Shown: positions 12,205 to 24,789 of the stretch, piece by piece
Layout of the letters: the number at the start of each line of letters is the position of its first letter
Position numbering within the stretch: the first letter of the stretch is position 1
Origin: Hypanus sabinus
Lineage: Eukaryota
Assembly (NCBI RefSeq): GCF_030144855.1
Contig: NC_082708.1
Span: 102,114,001-102,178,000 of the forward strand
DNA length: 64,000 bases
Direction of reading: 5' to 3'
Translations under genes and position numbers: made by a program
Notes under the pieces: generated by a model
What the model was told of the DNA's origin: nothing
What the model saw: only the letters and a program-made list of their open reading frames with translations
Databases searched by the model: none

Positions 12205-14869
12205 AATCTATGCACGTATGCAATGTTGACATAATGGAAATCTTGAGCAGACCAATCCATTCCCCTCTAGGTCATTCTGAGGCCACACAGCAGAATGAAG
12301 TAGAATTAAATAGTCATTGCAGGTTGTGTGCTGGATAGTCTTACCACCTTCTCGTCACAAACCAAATGTGAACCTAGACTTGTAGATGAAGGGTACAAAA
12401 AAAGATAGAAAACCAAGTGGCCCTTTTCATCCTAAGATGTCCTTGAAGTTACCTGTGTACAATAATAACAACATCAGTTTTTCTTTCACCAACATCTACT
12501 TAATCTACCCATTACTTATCCATTTTATGCCAAAACTAAGGCAATCAAGAAATATTTTGACCCAAGTTCATGACTGAAATCATGGCATGATGCATGCCAA
12601 AACTGAATAACCTCCATTGGGCTTTCATTCATGGCTTGTCTTCTGTGCAACTTGTCTGCTCTACTGCTACCTCAGTGATTGCAGCATGACTGTGTGATCT
12701 TCTCCACTCAAATCCTAGCGCTGTATTATCTAGAATTTTTGCTAACGTCATCAAACTGTGGTTAACTTCCATTGTTCCATTCAGTTGTGGTCAAATAGAT
12801 GGCTGCCACTAACCACCGTGGCAAAAACTGTTAGATTACACCCTATTGTGCTTCTTGATAAATCTGCTATATTTTACTTAATTGATCATGAGGCTCGTCT
12901 CTGCTAATTATTCTCCATTATCTTGCTACTTAAGATTCCATTTCAGACATCCTGAGCTGGAAAAAACCCAAATGGCATAGCTGCCAGACTGGCTTTTCAG
13001 CTGATAATGAGGGAAGGGATATGAGAAAATAATCTACTTGAAAATTCTATTGTGTATTTGCTCATGACAGGACTGTTAAGAACGAAAACTACATAATAAT
13101 TTAGAGAATTTGTCTTGCCTTCATAATACAGACATCCTCCATTGTATCATATTGTACTTTGTAAGTTAGATTTAAAACAGATACAGCGGATCAAAACAGG
13201 GCATTTTGTTTTCACTACGTCCTCACTCATTATTTACATTTGGTTAGGTGACCAGCACTGATTTAATAAGTTGTACATGAGAAAATGCTTAAAAATAATG
13301 AACATCATATGCATTATAAATATTAGAACTGGAAGCAAGTGTTAATGCAGTAAGTTATTGAATTAAAGCTTTGAGGTCCTGGAAAGTCCAATGACTGGTG
13401 GTGGACAATTGTGCATCTGACTGAAAGGACCTTCATGACTACCACATCGGAGCACAGTGACTGAGTGACCACCGCAAGGACAAATGGTCAGAATCACCTT
13501 CAAACAGAATTGCCACGTGATGAAATATTTCACTCTTCTCCTGAGATCCTCACACGATGCTAGTCTTCGTGTGGTCTAATTCATTCCATATGATATTAAG
13601 AATTAGCTGAATATACAAGACATATAAAGGACAAGGTTCAAGGTTCAAACTACATTTATTATCAAAGTTTGGATACATTAACCAACCTTGAGATTCATCT
13701 ATTTACAGGCAGCTACAAAACAAAGAAATCCAAAAACATTTTAAAAACGACTGTCAAACTCCCAAGGTGCAGAGATAAAAAAAAATAGTGCAAACAATAA
13801 AAGTAAGCAAATAGTATTCAGAATGAAAGCGAGTCCACTGACATAAAGCCCAGAACAGTCAGAGCAGGCCACAGCATCAGCCTCCATTCAGCACAGGGCT
13901 GAGCAAATGTCATGGAGCAGTGGGCAGAACCAGCCCGATCCTTACCCTGTCTTTCCTATCAGGCCCAGTGTTTAAACTGTCCAAACCAAAAGGTTGTTTC
14001 TTGCACAGGGACTTGGGCCCTATCACTTCAATATGCTCTGGGTCCCAGAACCGCCGTCACAGTTTGGCCATTACACAAATTTTCCAAATCAACCTGGTGC
14101 TTAGATTTATCACACTTTGGGTCTTTCTTCACTCACAATTCAGGTGGACAGCCTTGATTCTTCCTCGCATCCACTGGCCCCTACTTTGCCTCGAATCTGC
14201 CTTGACCTTGCCCCAACTTCACCTCACATCTATTCACTTCAATCCTTGACTCCTCCTTGCCTCCGTCCACCTCTCCATTATTTGGTGCGATTGTTTACCT
14301 TAGATCTCACAAGAAAAATTGTTACTAATTAAGTATTTAGTTGTATTCTTTGTAATGTTTGTCGCTGAGCTTCACCAGTACCAGCTTAAACCGGAAGCGT
14401 TGTCAAATGTTTGGCTATACTGCTGAACAAAACAAACTCCAGAATTACCTTCATGTCTAAGTAAGTTGTTCCTAACCCAGATGCAACACTAGCATCTACG
14501 TAACAATGTGGACGACCGAATCGATGTGAACTCCCTACAAACAGCAGGACAGATAAAAGACAGCATTCTGCCACCCTGTTGGCCTACTCCCAATGGAGAA
14601 TGCAATCAAGGCCATGCCTACAAATCCTAGAAGTAACTTGATGAACGGGTTCAGTAACTTCACTGTAAACTTGGTTACTCAGTGATCAAGAAGTAAAACT
14701 TCATATTGTGATGCTCTTGGGGGTGGTGGGGGGGGGGGGGGCGAGCCAGACAGCCCGCCCTTCATTTCTAATGACTAACAATGTTTATTGTTCTTGTGTT
14801 AAAATGCTTTTGTGGGATTATGGTGGGAAGTTCCAGTTCATTTATTGTTACATTTTGGCCTGGGTTATA

Positions 14870-15555
14870 CATAGAAACATAGAAAATCTACAGCACAATA
14901 CAAGCTCTTCGGCCCACAATGCTGTGCCGAACATGTACTTACTTTAGAAATTACCTAGGGCTACCCATAGCCCTCTATGTTTCTAAGCTCCATGTACCTA
15001 TCAAGGAATCTCTTAGACCTTATTGTATCTGCCTCCACCACCGTCGCTGGCAGCCCATTTCATTCACTCACCATCCTTTGTGTGAAAAACTTACCCCTGA
15101 CATCTCCTCTGTACCGACTTCCAAGCACCTTAAAACTATGCCCTCTCATGTTAGACATTTCAGTCCTGGGAAAAAGTCTCTGACTATCCACAAGATCAAT
15201 GCCTCTCATTATCTTCTACACCTCTGTTAGGTCACATCTCTTCCTCTGCCTCCAAGGAGAAAAGGCCAAGTACACTCAACCTATTCTCATAAGGCATGCT
15301 CCCCAATCCAGGCAACATCCTTGTAAATCTCCTCTGCTCCATCTCTGTAGTTTCCACATCCTTCCTGTATTGTGCTGTAGATTTTTTTATGTTTCTATCA
15401 ATGTGTTTAGTCAAATCTTCAGAAAATTCAATCAGGCTTATAAAGCACGACCGGCCTTTGACAAAGCCATACTGACTATTCCTAACCATATTATGCCTCT
15501 CCAAATGTTCATAAATCCTGCCTCTCAAGATCTTTTCCATGAACTTACCAACCCT
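14870..15555 (-). mobile_element. CR1 LINE 3' portion with internal deletion
   Basis: Tail catagaaacatagaaaa at ~14870. ORF 15232..15540 fuses RNSQYGFVKGRSC (RT N-terminal part) directly to QRRFTRMLPGL...LGLFSLE (C-terminal part). Confidence 0.88.
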
Positions 15556-15589
15556 TGAAGATAGAATTACTGCATACTGTTTTTGTGTT

Positions 15590-15612
15590 TGTGGGAAACC
15601 CTAAATGTAACC

Positions 15613-15643
<31 letters not shown>

Positions 15644-17700
15644 CAGATAGTCACCTACCCCGTCTGTATGAGACTGTTAGGGTTCACTCTCCGGGTCATG
15701 ATGCCCGGTCTGTTTTGTGTTTATCACAATAAAAAGGTTGTTGAGTTTAACGAGCTTCCTCGTCTGTCATTATGGACCAAGTGCTCGCCACACTGATGTC
15801 AGCAGTGGCATGCGAGATTGACGAGCTTCGACTTTGGATCGAGTGCCTTAAGACGTGGGACTGTGCAGTTTATGTCTCCCCCGTACCCAGGGTATGGCTC
15901 ACGAGGACGACACCCAGTGGAAGGCCCTGGGAACCAAGCATTGTGCCCCGACGGAGGAGCGTGCCCAGGCTCCCAGCCCGGGGACAGGACGGAGCGCCTC
16001 AGTCGCCTCCAGAACTACCCGCACCGGGGAACCCAAGACGCCGAGGACATAGGAGACACTGCTGGAGCAAGAGGAAGACCAAAGGGCCTCGATGATTTGC
16101 GCCTCAAGGTCAACCCTGAAGCTCCAGATACGACTTGCCGCATGGCACAACGGGTGGAGTCCCACCGAGGTGGCAGTGCACCTTGCCTTGGCACTGGAAG
16201 GAGATGCCTTGCGGGTCCTCCTCGACCTAACGCCGGCGGAGCGGCATTCCGAGCAGAGGCCCCGGGCCGAAGCAATGAGGGAAGAACTGTGCAGCAGACA
16301 GCGCCGTATAGGAGGAAGCTTTGGGGCACTCTCCGCCACTGTGCTCGTCGTGGCTACCCCGAGTTCCCTCCCGCGGCCCAGGAAGTGTTTGCCCTCCACA
16401 CCTTTGTAACGACGCTAACGCTGGAGCCCTTTCGGCAGCATGTTCGCCTTACATTATCGTCATTGCTGGACAAGGCAGAGAGGGTAGAAATAATTTTAGT
16501 TCCCCAAAATGTTCCAGTGTCACCCCGCTCGCAGCGAGCCCGGGTTTGTGTCACCGACGCGGAGGAGGAAACTGACGAGCAGGAGCCGTGAGGCAAGTCT
16601 GACCAGCGCCAAGCCAACCCCGCAGGTGGCCACGAAACGATCTCTGCTCCCGGTGCGGTGGGCCCGAGACAGCCCCGCACCGGCGCCACGCCACAGCTCC
16701 AGCACAGCCATCGGGAATCGCCGAGCACCGCCTGAATCCTCCAGCTGAACCCCTCTGTTGTCGCCCCTCCAGGTGGGCCGACATCCGTTCCGGTGTCCTC
16801 CCTGAGACGGACCAGCCGTCCCCGTCTGGGTGGACAACGACGGTGGTCCAGCTGGTGACTGTGTGGCGATGAGAGGGAAGAGGAGGTCGCGCATCGCAGT
16901 GGTGGGAAACACGGCAGAACACGAGGTGTGGCTGGCCGACATCCGAGACCTGCTGCCCCGTGGGAGGACGGGGAAACAGTCTACTTCGATGCTGGCGCCG
17001 TGGCACACTGGCAGGGCAGCTCCGGGAAGCGGTCGCACCGGGGGCAGCGATCACTGCCGGTTTCACAGCGGCCCAACACCACACAACTGAACCAGGAGCA
17101 AGTGACGGTGTTTCAGGTTTCAGCCAGCGACAACCTCCCCACCATGGATCAGCAGCTGCGCAGGGAACAGGTCAGCGATTCTGTGCTGGCCCGGGTAAGG
17201 GGATGGTTGACTGTGGGACGACGGCCGGAGTAGGCAGGGGGCCTCCGCGCAGGACCCAGAGATCAAAGCCCTGTTCTCGGAGTGGGGAACGCTGGAGTCC
17301 ACGACAGGTTTCTGTTCAGGCGGTGGTAGTTGTCCGATGGTGACAGACTCTTGCAGCTGGTGGTCCCCCGGAGGCTGGTGGGGGCCGGACATCTCGGAGT
17401 TACAAAGACGTTGGGTAGGCTGCGTGAACGCTTCTACTGACCTGGGTACAGGCAGGACTTGGAGCTGTTCGTGCACTGATGCGACGCTCGCACGTCCCAG
17501 AAGGGGCCAGGCCAGACACCGGTGCCAATGCAGCAGGAGATGGTGGGAGGCCCAGTAAATGTCTACTGCCCCTCCCGGAGGAAGGGAGCTACAGTGGAGA
17601 GGTGCTTGACCGTATCTCCGATGTGGGATCGGGTGCGGTTGCCTGAGCGGCGGAAGGCAGTCGTGCTGCACCAGGAGACGCACCAATTCCACCCCACCTC
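15590..17700 (+). mobile_element. Internally deleted Gypsy LTR element: 5' LTR 15590-15792, PBS, gag, protease and integrase remnants; no RT/RNase H or 3' LTR seen
   Basis: LTR TGTGG...CCACA with AATAAA and (TG)n. PBS-like tgatgtcagcagtgg (15794-15808, resembles tRNA-Leu PBS TGGTGTCAGAAGTGG). Gag-like AAWHNGWSPTEVAVHLALALEGDA. Integrase Zn-finger HLGVTKTLGRLRERFY*PG...V..CDA at ~17390-17490. Confidence 0.8.
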
Positions 17701-19035
17701 CGCGACACCGCAGGTTGATGCTCACACCTCGTACATACAAATCAACAAACCCATATAGAATATTAGTAAAATACCACATAGAACATGCATGTATATATTC
17801 CAGACCTCCCATCACCTCTCGACCAGCCACGATCCCCGCTAGGTGATACCACAATTTACAGTCCAAGTCCTTACCTGTACAGGCACTTAAAGAATATTAG
17901 AGACAACCAGACAAATCTACAGTATATACATTTATAGTCCAGACCCCCTCACCAGTCCATCTGAAATCTTCCGTTGACCATATCTGCGCTAAGCCGCCCC
18001 CAGTAGATCATGATGGCTCGCATGCCTTTCACCTGGCAGCTGGAAAGCAGGTGACCGCGCAGCGTGAGGCCCGAATGACTTCAGTCGTGGGCCTCGCTGT
18101 GGCCGAGGCCAGGGAGCTCCCCTGCTCTCATCCAGCAAATTAGGCAATCAGATTTACGGCATACCAGATTGACAATTTCCAAAAGGGTCTGGCAATCACA
18201 AGGGAAGTGACTATGAGGGCCACTCTCGAATTGACTGTGAGCCTCCATCGACTCGGGCAGCAGTATGATGCGCGTTACATCATTATCTCAACCAGTGAGC
18301 AACTCGCTGATGGTGTGGACCTGCAGTACTTTTAAGTTCTTAATGTTCCCATATTACTGTTCTTTGATTCTCGTCGCCATTTCTCAGCCTTGTTTTCAAA
18401 TTCTATTCCTGCCTTACCAGCTCAAGGTCAATACAGTACTTTTATTGCCCTAGAGATGCTTTGCTCTATTTTAACATTAGAATTCTCCACACCATTCACT
18501 ATCTATTCTACTATTAGCAGCTGTCACTTATGCTCTCTGCTACCACCTAATATTTTCATCCTTCTTAATTAACTGTCTTCTAGCTTTGAAACATATTTCA
18601 CAAAACTCTTCCCTGAAAGCTATGTTTTCTTTGGGCCTTCTAGCCTTGCAGTTTCTTTTCGCTTCTCATGATAGATGTCCACACTATTGTTTGATCATCC
18701 CCCCATGAATTATCTTTTAGATATGAGGAGTGTTAAATGAATGCATGCTGTTGTATTTTCTAGGCTTTATTGCTAGCAAGTTATTGCAAGAAGGAACATT
18801 AAAACTAATTGTAGACTGTGCATAAAAATCAAGAATTTGATTAGTTGGTATAGTTGAGATAAAAGCTTTCTGACTGGCTTGCCAAACTAGCGCTACTGAA
18901 TGATAAAAGCAAACCTTACAACTAGGTTTATAAATTCTGGTAGATTTGAGATTAGGTACAAAGGTATTTATGATGTTATCATTGGTATTTCTCAACAAGA
19001 CGGCATTGATTATTTTAATGTGATGTTATTAATAT

Positions 19036-19407
19036 TTGTGTGGTGGGGTGGAGATATGTCTCTACCAGAGGAGCGATGTGCTCCTTCCCTCCACAAGCCT
19101 GCAGGTCACCCTTGGGCAAGGTGTAGCACCTACTTAGCCACCGTGATGAGGGTCATATGAAACAATGAGAGCAGGCTGTATGAGCAACTGGTGCATATCA
19201 CAAGTCCTGGTTATAGGAACACTAATGCCAGGCAGACAATCTCAAAAGAGTATTGAAAATGGCTGTGGCTGCCCGTCTTGTAAAGACACTGCCCAGAAGA
19301 AGGCAATGGTAGAGCACTTATGTAGAAGGATTTACTAAGAACTATCATGGTCAAGACCACGAATACCCATGTCATATGACATGGCACATAATGAATGAAT
19401 GTATGAA
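19036..19407 (+). mobile_element. Short RTE-derived SINE-like element
   Basis: gaagaaggcaatggtagagcactt resembles the RTE/BovB motif GAAGGAAATGGCAACCCACT. 3' (aatg)n tail. Approximate TSD ttattaatat (19026-19035) / ttattaatgt (19408-19417). Confidence 0.6.
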
Positions 19408-19479
19408 TTATTAATGTCTGTTTTTACTGAATTAATTTAGTGCACTATGTGAAGAAAACTTGCAACTGGTCATTATGAG

Positions 19480-22400
19480 TGCACCAGCATTAGGATGGTT
19501 AGTTTGAGGCTTCAGCTCAAGAGGTTTAGATGAAAATAGCAAAGGCTCTTGGTATGTTTCCGCTGAGTTTCTTTCTTTGTCTATTAGTGCATAGCTAGTG
19601 CAGTGAGAATGGGTCCAGGATAGTGGTGTGTTCTTGATGTGAGATATGGAAATTGTGGGTGATCTCCAGTCTTCCTGTAACTACATTTGCATGAAGGGCA
19701 CCGAGCTGCAGATACTTACAAACCATGTAAAGGAACTGGAGGTGCAGCTGTATAACCTTCAGCTCATATGGGAGAATGAGGAGGAGGTAGATAGGAGCTG
19801 CAGGGGGTAGTCACTCCTAAGTTACAGGAGGCAAATAGTTGTATGTCTGTCAGGAGACGGAAAGGTAATAGGCAAAGAGTGCAGTATCCTTTGGCCGTTC
19901 CCCTCAGTAACACTCGGAATACTACTGGGGATGCAGTGACCTGGCAGGGGGGATCTGCAGTGATTTGGTCTCTGGCACTAAGTCTGACCCTGGAGCTCAG
20001 AAGGGAAGGGTGTGGCATGGTGAAAGGAGATTCAATAGTTAGACGAACAGATTCTGTGGATGTGAAAGAAACACCCAGCTGGTATGTTGCTGCCCAGTTG
20101 CCAGGGTCAGGGATGACTTCGATTGAGTCCGCAGCATTCTGAAGGAGGAGGGTGAGCTTCCAGAAGTCATGGTACATATTAGTACCTACGACATTGGTAG
20201 GATGAAATCATGAAGAGACAACATAGGGGGTTGGACAGAGAGCTGAAAAACAGGAACTCAAGGGTAGTAATCTCTGGATTGTCGCAAGTGCCATCGGCTT
20301 CTAAGGTTAAGAGGCTGACTCGGTAGATGAATGTGTAGCTGAGGAATTGGTGTTTTGGACAGGGTTTCAGATTTCTGCTTCACTGGGATCGCTTCTGGGA
20401 AGGCATGACCTGTACAATAGGGATGGGTTACTTCTGTACCTGAGAAGTAGCAACATTGTTGTGGGCAGGTTTGCCAGACCTGTTGGGGAGGGTTGAAATT
20501 AATTTATCAGGGCAATGGGAGCCAGAGCAACTGGGTATGCAAGTAAATGCCACCTGTAGTGAGCCTCTGAGGAAGGATAGGCCAGTGACAAGGAAAAATT
20601 GCAGTCAGTGGGATGAGTTGAAGTGTGTCTTTAAGTTAATAATGAGGGCTGGGTTCAACAGTTTGAAAAAGTGAATGAAGTAAAAGAGGAGAGTGCAGAG
20701 AAGGTTATCAGTGTCTCCAGAACAAATACAGAGACAAATATTTAGAATGGGATAAGAATTTAACTTACAGTATCATTGATACAAAATTGAAAAGAATGAT
20801 GAATACAGGACTGAAGGGGTTATATTTGAATGCACACAGTATATGGAAGAAGGTAGATGATCTTGTAGCGCAGTTCCATAGTGGCAGGAATGTGTTGTTG
20901 GATTCACTGAGTCGTGGCTGAAAGGAGACCATAATTGGGAGGTAATATCCAAGGATATACCTCTTATTGAAATCACAGGCAGATAGGATGTCATGACTCT
21001 GTTGGTTAAAAAAAAATTGAAATCCAATCCTAAGAAACAGGTGATGTAGAATCTTTGTGAGTAGAATTCAGAAACTGTAAGCATAGAAAGACTCTGATGG
21101 GAGTAATATACTAGCCTGTGAAGAGCATCCTGTATTTGTAGTACAAATTACAACAGAAGATAGAAATGGCATGTAAAAAGAGTAATGTCACAATAGTCAT
21201 GAATGGGGGGGGGGAGGGGGTTTCAGTATTGGTGAAATCAGGTTGGTGCTGGATTCCAAGAGAAGGAACTTGTAGAATGCCTATGAGATAGCTTTTATGA
21301 GCAGCTTTATGGTTTAACCTATTAGGGAAAAGGCATTTCTGGATTGGATGTTGTGTAATGAACTAGATTTAATTAGGGAGTCAGTGATCATGATATGATA
21401 AAATTCACCCTGCTGTTGTGAGGGAGAAACTAAATTCAGGTACATCAATATTACAGTGGGAAAAATGGAATTACAGAGGCATCAGAGAGGAGTTAGTGAA
21501 AGTTGATTGGAAAGGGACACGAGCAGAGTTGATGGCAGAACAACAATGGCTGGAGTTTCTGGGAGCAATTCAGAAAGCACAGGATAGTTTCATCCCAAAG
21601 TACTCTAAATGGAGGATGAGGCAACCATGGCTAACAAGGAAAGTCAAGGACAACATCAAAACAAAAGGAAAGGATATAATATAGCAAAAAATAATGGTTT
21701 TACAACAGAAGCAAATAAAAAAGCACAAAGCAGCAGAAGGATGAAATATGAAGGAAAGCTAGCCAATAATGTAAAAGAGGATGCCATAAGTTTTTACAGA
21801 TATATAAAGAGTAAAGGAGCGGTGTGAGTTGATAATGAATCACTGTAAAATGATGCTGGAGATGTAGTAATGGTGGACAAAGAAATGGGAGATGAACTGA
21901 ATTCATATTTTTTGTCAGTCGACACTATGGAAAACATTTGAAACATGCCAGAAATTTGGAATTGTCATGTGGTAGAGGTGATTGCAGTTAATATTACTAA
22001 GGAGAAGTTGCTTGGGAAGGTTTAAGATTTGAAGGTAGATAAGTCATCTGGAACAGTTGGACTACATCCCAGGGATCTGAATGAGGTAGCTGAAGAAATT
22101 GTGAAGGCATTAGTTGTGATCCTTAAAGAGTTACTAGGTTATAAAATAGTTCTGGAGGACTGGAAAATTGTAAATGTCACTCCATTCCTTAAGAAGCGAG
22201 GAGCTAATAGGTAGGAAAGTGTCAACCAGTTAGCCGAATTTCAATGGTTGGGAAGATAATGGAATCCATTATAAAGAATGTGGTTTTGGAGTATTTTGCG
22301 GCACATTTTAAAATACCCCAAAGTGAACATGGTTTCCTTAAGGGGAAATCTTGCCTGACAAAGTTATTCAGATCCTTTGAGGAAATAACAGGCAGTATAG

Positions 22401-23695
22401 ACAAAGGAGAGTCAGTTGATGCTGTTTACTTAGATTTTCAGAAGGATTTTGGCATAGATAAGAGCCTATGGTACTGCAGGATAGGTACCTGCATGGATAG
22501 AAGATTGGCGGACTGGCAGGAGGCAAAGAGTGGGAATTAATGGGGCCTCTTCTGGTTGCTTTTGACTATTGGTGTTCTGCAGGGATGAAATTGGAACCAC
22601 TTCTTTTCACGCTATATGTTAATGATTTGGATGACAGAATCGAGAGGTTTGAGGCCAAGTTTGCAGATGATACAAATATAGGTCGAGGAAGGGTGGTATG
22701 TGATGTTGAGGAATCAGGGAGTCTACAGAAGGACTCAGACTAGAAGAATGGCTGATTGAATACTGTGTAGGGAAGTATATGGTCATGCACTTTAGCTGAA
22801 GGAATAAAGTTATACATTATTTTCTAAATGGGAGAAAATTTAGAAATCAAAGGTATAAAATGACTTGTTCAGGATTCCTTAAAGGTTAACTTGGAGGTTG
22901 AATCAGTGGTAAGGAAGGGAATGAAATGCTAGCATTCATTTCAGGAGAACTAGAATATAAATCTAGGATATAATGCTGATGCTTTATAAGGCATTGGCCA
23001 AACTTGCACCTGTAGTCCTGCCAAAGGGTTTCGGCCCGAAATGTCGACTGTACGTTTTTCCATTGATGCTGCCTGGCCCGCTGAGTTCCTCCAGCATTTT
23101 CTGTGTGTTGCTCAGATTTCTAGCATCTGCAGATATTCTCTTGTTTGAAATATTGTAAGAAGTTTTAAGCCCCTTTTCTAAGAAATGAGTTACTGACATT
23201 GGAGAGAACCCAAAGGAGGTGGACAGCAATGAGACTGGGAATGATGGGGTTAATGTATGAAGAGTGTTTGATGATTCTGCTTATGTACGCACTGGCGTTC
23301 AGAAGAATGATGGGGGAGTCTTACTTAAACTATTGAATATTGAAAGGCCCAGTAGAGTGGATGTGGAGAGGATGTTTCTTATAGTGAGGTGTCTATCACT
23401 GTAGGGCACAGCCTCAGAGTACAAAGATATCCCTTTAGAACAGAGACGAGGAGGAATCTCTTTAACCGGAGGGTGGTGAATCTGTGGAATTCATTGCATA
23501 AGACAGCAGTGGAGGCTGAATCATTGGAGATATTTGAAGCAGAGGTTGACACTTTCTTGATTAGTTAGGGTATCAAAGGGTATGGGGTGAAAGCAGGGGA
23601 GTGGGGATGACTGGAAGAACTGGATCAGCCCATGACTGAATGGTGGAGCAGACTCAATGGGCCGAATGGCCTACTTCTGCTCCTATGTCTTATGG
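19480..23695 (+). mobile_element. Near full-length decayed CR1 LINE (ORF1 with esterase motif, ORF2 endonuclease-RT)
   Basis: ORF1 GDSIVR (19843..20142). ORF2 pieces VDKSSGTVGLHPRDL, QSEHGFLKGKSCLT, YLDFQK, LFTLYVNDLD, KFADDT. 3' tail gggccgaatggcctacttctgctcctatgtcttatgg. Confidence 0.93.
23009..23147 (+). mobile_element. Isolated Penelope pLTR tail inserted in the CR1
   Basis: tagtcctgccaaagggtttcggcccgaaatgtcgactg...gctgcctggcccgctgagttcctccagcattt interrupts the CR1 LYKAL..P.LEY region. Confidence 0.85.
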
Positions 23696-24789
23696 TTAGG
23701 GGGAATGAAAACTTGAATTGAACTATTATCAGCCTGCCAGTCTGTGATCTTGTTTGATATTGAACAGACTTCCATGGCAAGATAAATCAAACCAAAAAAA
23801 CAGGTATGCAGTTAACACTGCTTAAAAAAAAATCTTTAAAGTTCATTTTATGACCCTATACTTGTTAGGATGGTTAGGATCAGAAATGTGCTCACTTTGC
23901 ACCTATTACTTCTTTTGTGACTAGGGCTCAAGAGAAAGCATTATTGCTTGGTAGGTTTTCAATGAAAAGGAATTAGATGACAAAATATTGCAGGGTTTGT
24001 ACAGTATCCTTCAGATTGCTATCATCCAAAGGCATTAGGAGCAGAGTAATTAATAAATTTCTGACTATAGCTTGGGTGAAATACTGTGGAGTTATCCTCT
24101 TTCGTATGCCTGACCACAGGCATTGGTTAAAAATTCTATATTGAGTTTTCAATAGACAAAGATGGTCACAGCTCAACCCTGAAAAAAAAAGTCTAACTTT
24201 TAACAATTTGATGGAATAAAAATTTAGTTTGAAGCGGACATAAAGAACCATAAACTGCAAGAAACTAAGAAAGGAAGATCTATTACATATGGAGGAAATA
24301 AACATAAGTAATTTTTATATATATATATAGCCATAGTGGTACCTTCCAAGAATAGCTGCTGAGTAATAATGGGTGACAAGCAAAGTAAAGATGCTTGTTC
24401 ACAAATTATCTCTATCATATTGCTTTACTTGAACTTGGGCAGAATTGAAGATCAATTTGGTTCTATAAAGGTAAGTGATCTACTCTGCTGAAATACAAGA
24501 TGAAAACACGTCTCAATAAGTACAATCTCTTTTGAATGTTCCTCAGATCCTATGCACTATGCCTCGGAAAACAGCAATCAAAATTCTTTTTTGATATATC
24601 TGGGAGCCTTTTAAAACAATCTATATTGTTCGTGATGCAACAGTTGCCTTCCTCAGTCATTTATTCCACAAGCCTCTTTGAATTTAAGTACTTTACTATG
24701 GAATATGGTTGTCACTGAATATTGAATGTAAGTAAGGGAAGGAAGAAATGATGGCATTAAATAAATTGATTAGTTATAATTACTGTTTT

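Noticed and set aside
15772-17866. Dense overlapping long ORFs on both strands (up to 257 aa)
   Set aside because: Expected from the high GC of the Gypsy remnant; true gag homology switches between frames.
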